Shown: positions 8,454 through 18,636 of the stretch, one piece after another
Numbering within the stretch: the first letter of the stretch is position 1
Layout: every line of letters begins with the position of its first letter
Assembly (NCBI GenBank): GCA_026393585.1
Contig: JAPKZV010000113.1
Coordinates: forward strand, 1 to 54,651
Direction: 5' to 3'
DNA from: Actinomycetota bacterium
GTDB lineage: Bacteria; Actinomycetota; Acidimicrobiia; Acidimicrobiales; Ilumatobacteraceae
Length of the DNA stretch: 54,651 nucleotides
Program-made: the position numbers and the translations under genes
Notes under the pieces: generated by a model
What the model was told of the DNA's origin: nothing
The model's input: only the letters and a program-made list of their open reading frames with translations
The model's database searches: none

Positions 8454-9377
8454 GTGGGCGGCACGCGGGCTACGCCATTGGCGGCATGGAAAATAGAGGA
8501 CTTCATTGGTTCTCTCACTGCGATGTCGCCGAACACACAAAGTGCGTATCGCTCCGATGTGGAACGCTTTGCCCAGTGGGCAAGTGAAGAACACGATGCA
8601 CAGCGTCCAGAAGCGGTGACGCGCACCATGGTGAAGCAGTACCTTGCATTTCTCACCACCTCAAAGCCAACGGAACATGCAAAGGGCACACATGCCAAGC
8701 GCACCATTGCCCGCAAGCTTGCAGCATTGCGTCGCTATTTCTCATGGTTGCTGCGTCAATCGGGTAAAAAAGTAGAGAACCCCACTGTTGGCGTGCGTGC
8801 ACCTAATGGTGAGGGGCGATTGCCGCGCATCTTGAATGCCGATCAGCTCGATGCATTGCTCACTGGTTCGGAAATAGAAGATGACCCGGTGTGGCGTTCT
8901 GCGCGCGACGTGGCAATTGTGGAATTGCTGTACGGAAGTGGGTTGCGTGTGAGTGAATTATGCACACTCGAACTTGCCAACATTGATCTGAAAAACAAAG
9001 CGGCATCGGTGTGGGGTAAAGGCTCAAAAGAGCGGCGTGTACCTCTTAATGAGCCAACAGTGGCCGCAATTGATTTGTGGATGAAACATCGCCATGAGCT
9101 CGCCGTGGCATCGTCAAATGCACTCTTCTTCAATGAGCGCGGTAAACAACTCACCCCGCGCGATGTGCGGCGAATACTTGATAGAAGATCTATTGACCCC
9201 ACGCATCCACACGCACTGCGACACACTTTCGCCACTCACTTGCTCGACAATGGCGCCGACCTGCGTGCAGTTCAAGAACTCTTGGGGCACGCAAATGTTG
9301 TTACCACGCAGCGCTATACGCATGTCAGTAAAGAACGTTTGCAGTCGGCCTACCTCTCGTCACATCCGCGCGCATGA
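8454..9377 (+). CDS. xerC: site-specific tyrosine recombinase XerC/XerD family (chromosome dimer resolution)
   Basis: 307-aa ORF with LLYGSGLRVSEL, HALRHTFATHLL, and LLGHANVVTTQRYTH. It sits in the conserved dprA-xerC context. Confidence 0.9.
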   Translation: MGGTRATPLAAWKIEDFIGSLTAMSPNTQSAYRSDVERFAQWASEEHDAQRPEAVTRTMVKQYLAFLTTSKPTEHAKGTHAKRTIARKLAALRRYFSWLLRQSGKKVENPTVGVRAPNGEGRLPRILNADQLDALLTGSEIEDDPVWRSARDVAIVELLYGSGLRVSELCTLELANIDLKNKAASVWGKGSKERRVPLNEPTVAAIDLWMKHRHELAVASSNALFFNERGKQLTPRDVRRILDRRSIDPTHPHALRHTFATHLLDNGADLRAVQELLGHANVVTTQRYTHVSKERLQSAYLSSHPRA

Positions 9378-10126
9378 ACATTCGAGGCGCGCGCTACACG
9401 GTGGAATCCGCTTGGGAAGACTGGTCGAGTTCTCGCACCCCCCAAGCACGCGAATGGCTTGTAGTGAACTATTCCTCGCTTGTGAAGTTCGTTGCTGGTC
9501 GACTCGGTGCAGGGTTGCCGAAAAATGTTGATACTGCAGATCTCGTGAGCGCAGGCATTTTTGGCCTCATGGACGCAATTGAAAAATACGTGCCAGTTCA
9601 TGGAGCAAAGTTTGAAACCTATGCAGTGCCGCGTATTCGTGGGGCCATTCTCGACTCGTTGCGCGCCCTCGACTGGGTGCCACGTTCTGTGCGCACCAAA
9701 GCGCGTTCGGTACAGACCGCAATAACGCAACTTGAGCACACAATGGGACGTGCACCTAACGACGAAGAAATTGCTGAAGAATTACAGATCACTGTGGAGG
9801 AACTCCAGAAGTGGCTCGCCGATGTTGCTGTTGGTACCGTTGGCCCTCTCGACCACCTTGTTGCCGACCGTGCCCCCTCGGGGGTTGGCCAACAAATTGG
9901 CCCCGCCGATACCGCAATGGAAGAACAAGCAATGCGGGCGCACATGCGTGAGGAAATTAAAAACTTGCCAGAGCGTGAACGTACTGTTTTGGTTCTCTAC
10001 TACGACGAGAATCTCACGCTCGTGGAAATCGGCGAAATTCTGGGAGTTACCGAAAGCCGCGTTTCGCAAATTCATTCAAAGGCCGTGTTGCAATTGCGGT
10101 CGCGTCTCGCAGCAGCCGAGTACTAG
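9374..10126 (+). CDS. whiG: RNA polymerase sigma factor, FliA/WhiG (sigma-28) family
   Basis: 250-aa ORF. Sigma-70 regions 2, 3 and 4 are recognisable (LVSAGIFGLMDAIEKY, FETYAVPRIRGAILD, LTLVEIGEILGVTESRVSQIH). It has an ATGA overlap with xerC. Confidence 0.8.
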   Translation: MNIRGARYTVESAWEDWSSSRTPQAREWLVVNYSSLVKFVAGRLGAGLPKNVDTADLVSAGIFGLMDAIEKYVPVHGAKFETYAVPRIRGAILDSLRALDWVPRSVRTKARSVQTAITQLEHTMGRAPNDEEIAEELQITVEELQKWLADVAVGTVGPLDHLVADRAPSGVGQQIGPADTAMEEQAMRAHMREEIKNLPERERTVLVLYYDENLTLVEIGEILGVTESRVSQIHSKAVLQLRSRLAAAEY

Positions 10127-10144
10127 TTCACTATCGGGGTTCTC

Positions 10145-10795
10145 ATGTTGAGCGCCGTTGTCGCTGCGGTGCTCTGCGTTGCGAACACTGCTCCAGCCCC
10201 GGTAGCAGGCAAGGTCACCGACTGGTTTCGTCGGCCGCAATGTACGTGGTGTGCTGGTAACCGTGGCCTCGAGTTTGCTGTTGGGCAAAATACGCCCGTG
10301 CGCATGTCGTGGCCTGGAACGGTGAGCTTCGTGGGGCCGGTGGGTGGAGTGCCCTATGTGGTGGTGGAAATTGACCAAGTGGCTGCAGGAATTACCCAAG
10401 ATGGGGGAGGTCAATCGGCTACACCTCTATATGCGGTCATGGGAGGGGTCAATGGGGCACTCGTGACCCTGGGCGAGGTAGTCAACCCGTTACAGGTGGT
10501 GGGTTACGCGAGCCAATGGTTCTATGTGGGTCTACGGCTCGGGTTGCGGGTGGAGAATAACTATCTCGACCCCGCGGTCTTTTTTGGCCTCACCCGGCCC
10601 CGAGCCCGGCTGATTTCCTCAACGGCGGCGCGATCGTTTGTGGCACAAGGGGAATCGGGCAGTAGCCTCTCTCCTTGGCTGTCGTCACGCCATCGTCCAC
10701 ACGGTGGCATGGCGGGGGCCACGAATAACTCATCAACACGTCATTGCACTGTGTCTCTTCCTGTGGTCGCTTCGGCGCGGAGGCCAGTCTCTTAA
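10145..10795 (+). CDS. LytM/M23-like domain protein with degenerate catalytic motifs
   Basis: 216-aa ORF. It has M23-like spacing (NRGLEF....G.V.F.G...G..YVVVEID....), but the HxxxD and HxH metal ligands are replaced. It sits in the conserved position upstream of rpsB. Confidence 0.55.
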   Translation: MLSAVVAAVLCVANTAPAPVAGKVTDWFRRPQCTWCAGNRGLEFAVGQNTPVRMSWPGTVSFVGPVGGVPYVVVEIDQVAAGITQDGGGQSATPLYAVMGGVNGALVTLGEVVNPLQVVGYASQWFYVGLRLGLRVENNYLDPAVFFGLTRPRARLISSTAARSFVAQGESGSSLSPWLSSRHRPHGGMAGATNNSSTRHCTVSLPVVASARRPVS

Positions 10796-10816
10796 CCACA
10801 GGAGAGGAGAATCATC

Positions 10817-11644
10817 ATGGCCGTCGTCACAATGCGACAAATGCTCGAAGCTGGTTGCCACTTTGGACACCAGACCCGCCGTTGGAACCCCAAAATGAAG
10901 CGATTCATTTTTGGTGAGCGCAACGGTGTGTACATCATCGATCTTGAACAAACAATGACTCGCGTCGAGACTGCTTATGTCTTTGCCCGCGATCTTGTAG
11001 CCGGAGGCGGAACCATTCTTTTCGTCGGTACCAAAAAGCAAGCACAAGATCCTGTGCGCGACTGGGCCGACAAGAGCGGAATGCCATACGTGAATGAGCG
11101 TTGGTTGGGCGGCATGCTCACCAACTTCGAAACCATTTCCAAGCGCGTGAGCAAAATGCAGGAATACGAGCGCATGGTGGAAACTGGCGAGTTTGAAGCA
11201 ATGCCGAAAAAAGAAGCACTTCTCTTGTCGCGTGAACTCATCAAGTTGCAAAAGAACCTCTCGGGTATCAGCAAAATGACACGTCGTCCCGACGCTGTCT
11301 TCGTGCTCGACACCTTGAAAGAGCACATCGCGGTGACCGAAGCAAACAAGCTTGGTATTCCCGTTATTGCAGTGGTCGACACCAACGTCGACCCCGACGT
11401 GGTGACCTTCCCTATTCCAGGAAACGACGACGCCATTCGCGCCAACGACCTCATGTGCCGCGTTATTGCTGAAGCTGCACTTGAAGGACGCCACATGGCA
11501 TCGAAGAAGGCCTCAGTTGCTGCAGCACAAGCAGCCGCTGCTGCTGTTGCCAATGCCGCTGCTGCAGTTGCTGCAGTCGGAGCATCTGTTGTTGAACCAA
11601 AACCCATTCCCGCACCCCCTGCGGCACCTACTCCAGGAGCCTGA
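10817..11644 (+). CDS. rpsB: 30S ribosomal protein S2 with an Ala/Pro-rich C-terminal tail
   Basis: 275-aa ORF with [19 protein letters not shown] and WLGGMLTNF. The Shine-Dalgarno sequence GGAGAGGAG lies upstream. Confidence 0.95.
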   Translation: MAVVTMRQMLEAGCHFGHQTRRWNPKMKRFIFGERNGVYIIDLEQTMTRVETAYVFARDLVAGGGTILFVGTKKQAQDPVRDWADKSGMPYVNERWLGGMLTNFETISKRVSKMQEYERMVETGEFEAMPKKEALLLSRELIKLQKNLSGISKMTRRPDAVFVLDTLKEHIAVTEANKLGIPVIAVVDTNVDPDVVTFPIPGNDDAIRANDLMCRVIAEAALEGRHMASKKASVAAAQAAAAAVANAAAAVAAVGASVVEPKPIPAPPAAPTPGA

Positions 11645-11651
11645 TTCACGA

Positions 11652-12287
11652 ATGTCGTATACAGCTAAAGACGTAAAAACTCTGCGCGATTCCACCGGCG
11701 CAGGCATGATGGATTGCAAAAAAGCACTTGAAGAAAACAATGGCAATATCGACGAAGCCAAGCAGTGGCTGCGCGAAAAAGGCCTTGCAGCAAGCGCAAA
11801 GCGTGACGACCGCGAAAACAACCAAGGCGTAGTTGCTTTGGTTATTCGTGGCAACGTGGGCGCAATGGCAAAACTGAAGTGCGAAACCGACTTTGTTGCC
11901 GGTAGTGATGCTTTCAAAGCAGAAGCCGAAGCATTGGCAAACCTCATCATCGATAAGGGTGTTGCTGCAGTGTCAGAGCGCCAAGAGCAACTCGACAGCT
12001 TGAAGATTGTTCTCAAAGAGAACATCGACTTGGGCGAAGTAGTGCGCATTGAAGCAGCTGCTGGAAACGTCATCGACTCGTACCTGCACATTCAAGGTGG
12101 CCGCGGAGTCAACGGTGTGCTTGTTGAAATGTCAGGTGCTACTCAAGAGTTGGCACACGATGTTGCAGTTCACATTGGTTTTGCTCGTCCTCGCTACCTC
12201 ACACGTGATGAAATCCCAGCAGACGTTCTCGATCACGAGCGCGCAACGTTGGAAACTATTACACGTAACGAAGATCTGAATGGCTAA
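11652..12287 (+). CDS. tsf: elongation factor Ts, apparently truncated at the C-terminus
   Basis: The ATG at 11652 gives [35 protein letters not shown], and [10 protein letters not shown]. The ORF stops at ...TRNEDLNG, where homologues continue with EGKP..IVEGR.. The stop lies inside the pyrH start region. Confidence 0.8.
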   Translation: MSYTAKDVKTLRDSTGAGMMDCKKALEENNGNIDEAKQWLREKGLAASAKRDDRENNQGVVALVIRGNVGAMAKLKCETDFVAGSDAFKAEAEALANLIIDKGVAAVSERQEQLDSLKIVLKENIDLGEVVRIEAAAGNVIDSYLHIQGGRGVNGVLVEMSGATQELAHDVAVHIGFARPRYLTRDEIPADVLDHERATLETITRNEDLNG

Positions 12288-13038
12288 TGATGCGGTTTCA
12301 GCGAAGAAGGGTCCTCGTACTCAGCCGCGTTGGAATCGCATCGTTTTAAAGCTGTCGGGTGAGGCTCTTGCCGAGTCCACCGGGTTTGGCCTCGACACCG
12401 ACATCTTGCATCAAGTAGCAACTGAGTTACACGAAGTGCATGAAGAGTTCGGCGTCGACATCGCTGTCGTTGTCGGTGGCGGTAACTTTTGGCGCGGCAT
12501 GAAAGGTGCTGGTCAGGGTATGGACCAAGCACAGGCCGACTTCATGGGAATGCTTGCCACCGTCATGAATGGTCTTGCGTTACAAGATGCACTCGAGCGG
12601 GTGGGTCAGCAGTCACGAGTGATGTCGGCAATTGAAATGCCAAAGGTCGCTGAGCCCTACATTCGTCGTCGTGCAGAGCGGCACTTAGAAAAGGGTCGTG
12701 TGGTCATTTTGGCCGGCGGAACAGGTAACCCGTTTTTCACCACCGATACAGCTGCAGCACTGCGTGCCGCGGAAATTTCTGCTCAAGCCATTTTGAAGGG
12801 CACCCATTCCGGGGTCGATGGCGTGTATACGGCCGACCCAAAACTTGACCCCACAGCCACTCGCTATGACCGCATTTCTCATTTCGATGTCATGAGCAAG
12901 GGCCTCAAAGTGATGGATTCCACGGCCATTACCTTCTGCATGGACCAAAAACTGCCCATCGTGGTGTTCGATCTTTTGCGCCAGGGCAACGTGAAGTCCA
13001 TCCTCAGGGGTGAGGCAGTGGGTACGCTAGTCGGGTGA
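12280..13038 (+). CDS. pyrH: UMP kinase
   Basis: 252-aa ORF with [19 protein letters not shown], and [21 protein letters not shown]. Confidence 0.95.
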   Translation: MANDAVSAKKGPRTQPRWNRIVLKLSGEALAESTGFGLDTDILHQVATELHEVHEEFGVDIAVVVGGGNFWRGMKGAGQGMDQAQADFMGMLATVMNGLALQDALERVGQQSRVMSAIEMPKVAEPYIRRRAERHLEKGRVVILAGGTGNPFFTTDTAAALRAAEISAQAILKGTHSGVDGVYTADPKLDPTATRYDRISHFDVMSKGLKVMDSTAITFCMDQKLPIVVFDLLRQGNVKSILRGEAVGTLVG

Positions 13039-13592
13039 CCGAAGAAGCTCTCCTCGACGCCATCGACAAGATGGAAAAAGCAGTCGAACATGTTCAGGGC
13101 CAATTCACCACCATTCGAACGGGGCGAGCAACCCCCTCCATCGTGGAAAAATTAGCTGTCGAGTATTACGGGGCAACGGTTCCTTTGCAGCAAATTGCTG
13201 GGTTCCAGGTTCCCGAGGCGCGCATGCTGGTGGTGAAGCCACACGACCGCGGAGCCATTGCCGCTATTGAAAAGGCCATCCAGGGTTCCAACCTCGGGCT
13301 CAACCCATCAAATGATGGTGTGGTCATTCGACTCGCATTTCCAGCGCTCACCGAAGAGCGTCGCAAAGACTACGTCAAAGTGGTGAAGGCAATGGCAGAA
13401 GACGGCCGAATTGCAGTGCGCAACGTGCGCCGTGATGTGCGCAAAAATCTGGAAACTGCAGAAAAAGATCACGATATTTCTAAAGATGAACTTGAGCGTG
13501 CGGAAAAGGAATTGGAAAAATTAACGCACGATCATATTGATCTCATCGATAAGGCTTTTACTCGCAAGGAACACGAACTACTAGAGGTGTAA
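13035..13592 (+). CDS. frr: ribosome recycling factor
   Basis: 185-aa ORF. It has a GTGA overlap with pyrH and typical RRF sequence ([18 protein letters not shown]). Confidence 0.95.
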   Translation: MTEEALLDAIDKMEKAVEHVQGQFTTIRTGRATPSIVEKLAVEYYGATVPLQQIAGFQVPEARMLVVKPHDRGAIAAIEKAIQGSNLGLNPSNDGVVIRLAFPALTEERRKDYVKVVKAMAEDGRIAVRNVRRDVRKNLETAEKDHDISKDELERAEKELEKLTHDHIDLIDKAFTRKEHELLEV

Positions 13593-13601
13593 ACCAACTG
13601 C

Positions 13602-15014
13602 ATGGGTGTTGCCCATGCATTACCCGAAAGGGAAGATATGACCGACGATTGGAAACGACGCGACGACACGGGTAACCGTGACGCAGAAGGTTACGGCACC
13701 GACTTTGGTGACGACTTCGGAACTGTTCAATTTGGCGACGAAGCCGTCGAACCAGTTCTGTCATTTGGTGACGACACCGGGCCTCTTCCACATTGGACCG
13801 AGCCACCTACTGGTGAACTTCCTAAGTTTTTGCAATCAGAGCCTGCAGACGACACCGATGTGTGGTCGACATTCTCACAGCCCGCAGTACAACCCAACGC
13901 TGCGCCCGAACCGTCGTATCGCGATGAGCCAACACGCGAAGCGCGCTATTTCGAAAACGATGCAACGCCCGTTCCTGGAGCGCGTCGTGAACCACGCCTC
14001 GTCATTGGTAGCGATCCCACCGACGAACGTGCTCGTCGACCAGAAATGCATCAGCCAACAGGTGGCAACTCTCGCCCCATCGCTCGTCAAGCACCTGTAG
14101 GTCGTGGCGCGCGTCCGTCTTCACAACGCCCAATGCCGCAACGTTCGCAGAAGTCCTCTGGTGGTATTGGTGGTCGCGACATGCCACAAGCAGTAACAGC
14201 GGGCTTGTTGCTCGCTGCTGCATTTATTGGTGCATTGGTATGGCGCCCTGCAGCAGTGATGATTTTCATTGTCGCTGCACTTGGCTTAGCCGCTGTGGAA
14301 TTTTTCGACAAGGTCACCGAAAAGGGTTATCGCCCAGCAACTATTGCTGGTATTGCAGCCTGCGTAGCTGCACCACTTGCTGCGTATTGGATGGGTGATG
14401 GTGCATTGCCATTGGTATTCACTTTCGCGTTTATGGCAGCAACCATCGGCTTCATTGGTGCAAACGGTGTGCAAAGCGGACCGCTTCCCAATGTGGCCAT
14501 CACCACCATGGCAGTGGTGTGGATCGGGCTTCTTGGTTCATACGCAGCGCTCATCGTGCGTTATTCAAACTCGGGTCTTGGTGTCTCAGGATTCAACGTA
14601 GGCACCGACACATTGTTCATCGTGGCAGCTGGTGTTGTAGCGAACGATGTGATGGCCTTGTTTGTTGGCTCGGCAACGGGACGCACACCATTGCGCGAAT
14701 GGATCAGCCCATCGAAATCGGTTGAAGGTCTCATTGGCGGAACAGTGGGAACATTTGCAGCAGTTCTGCTCATCGGTATGCAAAGCGGCACGTGGAACAG
14801 AGCAAGTGAGTGGCTGCTTATGGCGCTCGTCATCTCGGTACTCGCTCCATTGGGTGATCTTGTAGAGAGCATGTTCAAGCGCAACCTTGACATCAAAGAC
14901 TTCGGCACCATTGTTCGTGGTCATGGCGGAGTGCTCGACAGGTTCGACGGATTCTTATTCGTTCTTCCTGGGGCGTATTACCTCATGCTCGTCATTCAGC
15001 CTTGGGTGAAATAA
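13602..15014 (+). CDS. cdsA: phosphatidate cytidylyltransferase CdsA with a ~190-aa acidic/Pro-rich N-terminal extension
   Basis: The C-terminal polytopic domain carries the CDS signature SMFKRNLDIKDFGTIVRGHGGVLDRFD. The N-terminal half is low-complexity and contains LPHWTEPPTGELP. Confidence 0.85.
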   Translation: MGVAHALPEREDMTDDWKRRDDTGNRDAEGYGTDFGDDFGTVQFGDEAVEPVLSFGDDTGPLPHWTEPPTGELPKFLQSEPADDTDVWSTFSQPAVQPNAAPEPSYRDEPTREARYFENDATPVPGARREPRLVIGSDPTDERARRPEMHQPTGGNSRPIARQAPVGRGARPSSQRPMPQRSQKSSGGIGGRDMPQAVTAGLLLAAAFIGALVWRPAAVMIFIVAALGLAAVEFFDKVTEKGYRPATIAGIAACVAAPLAAYWMGDGALPLVFTFAFMAATIGFIGANGVQSGPLPNVAITTMAVVWIGLLGSYAALIVRYSNSGLGVSGFNVGTDTLFIVAAGVVANDVMALFVGSATGRTPLREWISPSKSVEGLIGGTVGTFAAVLLIGMQSGTWNRASEWLLMALVISVLAPLGDLVESMFKRNLDIKDFGTIVRGHGGVLDRFDGFLFVLPGAYYLMLVIQPWVK

Positions 15015-16153
15015 CGCCTGTTCGCGTTGCGATAGCCGGTTCAACCGGCTCTATTGGCACGCAGACGCTTGAAGTGATTCGTGCCGACCCGCACCATTTT
15101 CGTGTTACCGCATTAGCAGCAGGGTCCTCTGTTGCTCAACTCATCGAGCAAGCACATGAATTTCGTCCTGAAGTTGTGGTGGTGAGCCGCGAAGAATTGT
15201 GTCAACAAGTTGCCGCTGCTTTGCCTTTCGCGCACGTCACCACTTCGCTCACCGATGTTGTTGAAGTGGCCGACGTTGTTGTGAATGCTGTGGTGGGCTT
15301 TGCTGGTTTGCCAGTGACGCTAGAAACTCTGCGTGCCGGAAAGCGTTTGGCTCTCGCCAATAAAGAAAGTCTCATTGCTGCTGGGCCAATTGTGCAGCCA
15401 TTGCGGCGCACTCCAGGGGCGCTCATTGTGCCCGTCGATAGTGAACACTGTGCCATTCATCAGTGCTTGCGTTCGAGTGACGATACGCAAAGAGAAGTAC
15501 ATCGATTGGTGCTCACGGCGAGTGGAGGCCCATTTCGCGGCAAGACCCGCGCAGAGTTATCTGAAGTAACGGTGGCAAATGCTCTTGCACATCCCACATG
15601 GAGCATGGGGCCGAAAATTACTGTCGATTCTTCCACGCTTATGAACAAGGGCCTTGAAGTGATTGAAGCCCACGAACTGTTCGGTACAAATTACGACAGC
15701 ATCGATGTTGTGGTGCACCCGCAATCGGTTGTGCATTCCATGGTGGAGTACACCGATGGATCCACCATTGCACAACTTTCAATGCCCGACATGCGGTTGC
15801 CCATTAGCTATGCACTCGACTACCCACATCGCAGCCCCAATGCTTTCGGTGCCATTTCGTGGCGTGATGTGAAAGAACTCACTTTTAGTGAACCCGATGT
15901 CACAACATTTCGTTGTCTGGCCATTGCCTATGAAGCTGGTCGTATTGGCGGTACGGCACCTGCGTTTATGAGTGCAGCAAATGAAATAGCGGTAGAAGCA
16001 TTTCTTGCAGGAAATATTTCATGGCTGGCAATTGCCGATACGGTTGATGCCGTGATGCAAAAGTATTCCGCTGAAGTTCCTACTTCAATTGAAGATATTT
16101 TGAATGCCGATGCACATGGTCGCGAGGCTGCAAAGAAATGGCTTGCACAATGA
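15002..16153 (+). CDS. dxr: 1-deoxy-D-xylulose-5-phosphate reductoisomerase
   Basis: 383-aa ORF with GSTGSIGTQTL, LANKESL, PVDSEH, LTASGGPFR, and HPTWSMGPKITVDS. The putative TTG start overlaps the cdsA end. Confidence 0.9.
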   Translation: MGEITPVRVAIAGSTGSIGTQTLEVIRADPHHFRVTALAAGSSVAQLIEQAHEFRPEVVVVSREELCQQVAAALPFAHVTTSLTDVVEVADVVVNAVVGFAGLPVTLETLRAGKRLALANKESLIAAGPIVQPLRRTPGALIVPVDSEHCAIHQCLRSSDDTQREVHRLVLTASGGPFRGKTRAELSEVTVANALAHPTWSMGPKITVDSSTLMNKGLEVIEAHELFGTNYDSIDVVVHPQSVVHSMVEYTDGSTIAQLSMPDMRLPISYALDYPHRSPNAFGAISWRDVKELTFSEPDVTTFRCLAIAYEAGRIGGTAPAFMSAANEIAVEAFLAGNISWLAIADTVDAVMQKYSAEVPTSIEDILNADAHGREAAKKWLAQ

Positions 16154-17391
16154 CCTCTATGTATGAGCGCATGCGCCAAGAAATCGTTGTTGGTGGTGGA
16201 GTAGAAGAAGAAACCAACAAGCCGTCAACGTCACGTGCGGTATTGTCGGCAGTTGTCATTGGTGCGTTACTTGTTTGGCTAGGTCTCAAAAACGTATGGA
16301 CCTTGGTGTTTGTTATCGGGCTTCTTGCATCAATTTTCTTACATGAAGTTGGCCATTTCGTTACTGCTCGCCGCACCGGAATGAAAGCCACTCAGTTTTT
16401 CATGGGTTTCGGGCCAAGGTTGTGGAGTCGTCATAAAGGCGAGGTGGAATACGGTTTCCGTGCCATTCCTCTGGGTGCCTTTGTGCGCATCATCGGCATG
16501 AACGGTCTCGATGAAGTGGAACCCGAAGACGAACAGCGCGCCTATCGCAATAAGAGTTTTCCACGCCAACTTCTTGTCATCACAGCGGGTTCATTGATGC
16601 ACCTCGTCATTGCGCTCGCTCTCTTCATTGGCGTATATGCCTTTGCGGGTCGTTACGACAACACCGGCACGGTAGCTGTAGTGCGTGCTCCCGAAGCGGG
16701 GTCACCAGCAGCACTTGCGGGTATTCGAGAAGGAGACATTGTTGTTGCGCTCGGTGCAGACAAAGTAACAACCCGCACTGAACTTGTTGACGCCATCGTT
16801 GAGCAAGCTCCTGGCAGCGCTGTTGAGGTAGTCATACAGCGAGATGGCGTTGAAGAGATACTCACCACAACGTTGGCAAGCAACCCTATGGATGCCAATA
16901 TTGCGTATCTCGGCATTGCCACAAGTTCAACTGGCTATGTGAAGCAGTCACTGGTGAATAGTTTTTGGTACGGAGCCGGCGATGTCGTGCGCACTGCGGG
17001 CAACTCGGTGAAGGGTGTCGTGAGCGCTTTGAACCCAATGAACTCTGTGCGGGCACTGCAAGATTCTGGAGAAAACCTGGCCACGCGACCCACCACAGTG
17101 GTGGGGGCAAGCCAGATCGGCGGGAAACTAGGAGAAGATGAGGGCCTGAAGGCTGTCTTGCTTCTTTTGGCAAGCGTCAACGTGTTCGTAGGTGTGTTCA
17201 ATATGTTCCCACTCTTGCCTTTCGACGGGGGCCACGCAGCAATTGCAGCATATGAGCGCGTGCGGAGCCGTCGTGGCGAGCGTTATCGCGCCGATATCAA
17301 CAAAATGATCCCACTCACCACCATTGTGATGGGTCTGATGGGCTTCTTATTATTCGTAGGTTTGTACCTCGATATCACCCAACCGCTCTAA
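16138..17391 (+). CDS. rseP: M50 family site-2 zinc metalloprotease with PDZ domain (RseP/Rip1-like)
   Basis: 417-aa ORF with an HEVGHF zinc motif, a central PDZ-like segment, and C-terminal NMFPLLPFDGG. Confidence 0.85.
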   Translation: MACTMTSMYERMRQEIVVGGGVEEETNKPSTSRAVLSAVVIGALLVWLGLKNVWTLVFVIGLLASIFLHEVGHFVTARRTGMKATQFFMGFGPRLWSRHKGEVEYGFRAIPLGAFVRIIGMNGLDEVEPEDEQRAYRNKSFPRQLLVITAGSLMHLVIALALFIGVYAFAGRYDNTGTVAVVRAPEAGSPAALAGIREGDIVVALGADKVTTRTELVDAIVEQAPGSAVEVVIQRDGVEEILTTTLASNPMDANIAYLGIATSSTGYVKQSLVNSFWYGAGDVVRTAGNSVKGVVSALNPMNSVRALQDSGENLATRPTTVVGASQIGGKLGEDEGLKAVLLLLASVNVFVGVFNMFPLLPFDGGHAAIAAYERVRSRRGERYRADINKMIPLTTIVMGLMGFLLFVGLYLDITQPL

Positions 17392-17412
17392 GACGAGCAA
17401 TACTTTCTAGTA

Positions 17413-18627
17413 ATGGTTGAACGTCGACATACCCGCCAAATTCACGTCGGCAAAGTTGCTGTCGGTGGTACTGCTCCTATTTCTGTGCAGTCCATGACCA
17501 CAACGAAAACTTCTGATGTTGAAGGAACCTTGCAGCAAATTTATGCTCTCGCTGCTGCGGGGTGCGACATTGTTCGCTGTACCTGTAATGAAATCGAAGC
17601 TGCAGAAGGTTTGGCGCAAATTGTTCCTCGTTCGCCAATACCCATCATCGCCGACATTCATCATCAGTACAAAATGGCTCTTGCCGCATTAGAAGCAGGC
17701 GTTCACGGTTTGCGCCTCAACCCAGGAAACATTCGTAAGCCCGAGCACATTAAAACTGTGGCGTCAGAAGCAAAAGATCGCAACGTTTCCATTCGTATCG
17801 GCGTAAATGGCGGTTCGCTCGACCCGTCGTTGTATGAAAAGCATGGCGGCCTTACTGCTGCGGCAATGGTGGAATCTGCGCTGCAAGAAATTGCCTACTT
17901 TGAACAGGTGGGGTTCGATCACTTTAAAATTTCTGTTAAAGCTTCAAACGTTCCACTCATGGTCGAGGCCTATCGCGCATTGAGCAAAGTCACCGATGCG
18001 CCGTTACACCTCGGCGTCACAGAAGCCGGGCCTCCACCTGCTGGGTTAGTGAAGGCCACAGCCGGTATTGCGGCACTTCTATTGGAAGGCATTGGCGACA
18101 CCATTCGCTACAGCCTCACTGCCGACCCCGTCGAAGAAGCTCGTGCTGGCAGGCAGTTGTTAGAAGCACTCGGACTTCGTGAACGTAAAAATGTCGACCT
18201 CATTGCATGCCCAAGTTGTGGGCGAGCAGAAATTGATGTCATCGATGTGGCGCGTCGTGCTCAAGAAGCTTTTGCCGACAAACTCATTCCACTACAAGTG
18301 GCTGTGATGGGCTGCGTGGTGAATGGTCCGGGCGAAGCGCGCGAAGCCGATATAGGTATTGCGGCTGGTAATAAGCGCGGGCATCTCTTCGTGAAGGGTC
18401 GCAATGTGGCTGTTGTTCCTGAATCGGAAATGGTCGATGCATTAGTGGAGTGGGCTACATACATCAATGAGCATGGCGCTGAAGCAGCCATTGCGCGAGT
18501 CGATACCACCATCGCAGAACGAGAAGCACAAAAAGACCGGTCGGCACTGCTCGATGAACAAGGTGACGATGTGAATCATTCACACGATCGCATTGTGAAT
18601 ATTCGCCAGAATATTTCCAAGTCTTAA
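17413..18627 (+). CDS. ispG: 4-hydroxy-3-methylbut-2-enyl diphosphate synthase (flavodoxin)
   Basis: 404-aa ORF with VQSMTTT, CPSCGR, and MGCVVNGPGEAREADIGIA. Confidence 0.95.
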   Translation: MVERRHTRQIHVGKVAVGGTAPISVQSMTTTKTSDVEGTLQQIYALAAAGCDIVRCTCNEIEAAEGLAQIVPRSPIPIIADIHHQYKMALAALEAGVHGLRLNPGNIRKPEHIKTVASEAKDRNVSIRIGVNGGSLDPSLYEKHGGLTAAAMVESALQEIAYFEQVGFDHFKISVKASNVPLMVEAYRALSKVTDAPLHLGVTEAGPPPAGLVKATAGIAALLLEGIGDTIRYSLTADPVEEARAGRQLLEALGLRERKNVDLIACPSCGRAEIDVIDVARRAQEAFADKLIPLQVAVMGCVVNGPGEAREADIGIAAGNKRGHLFVKGRNVAVVPESEMVDALVEWATYINEHGAEAAIARVDTTIAEREAQKDRSALLDEQGDDVNHSHDRIVNIRQNISKS

Positions 18628-18636
18628 TAAGGCGTA

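Noticed and set aside
8454-9377. Tyrosine recombinase as a marker of an integrated mobile element
   Set aside because: It has XerC/D-type motifs and sits in the conserved dprA-xerC-(whiG)-rpsB housekeeping context. There are no flanking repeats, phage genes or transposase genes.
10733-11649. Two long minus-strand ORFs (253 aa and 224 aa) opposite rpsB
   Set aside because: They are antisense to a near-perfectly conserved ribosomal protein gene and its Ala-rich tail. No motifs were found, and the shadow-ORF logic above applies.
11466-11651. 62-codon N-terminal extension of the tsf ORF overlapping the rpsB 3' end
   Set aside because: The extension is Leu/Gln/Pro-rich out-of-frame read-through of the rpsB Ala-rich tail. 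The canonical EF-Ts N-terminus ([23 protein letters not shown]) begins at the ATG at 11652.
12268-12279. AGATCT (BglII site) at the tsf truncation point as a sign of engineering
   Set aside because: A single 6-bp palindrome is expected by chance many times in 54 kb, and no vector-like sequence is present.
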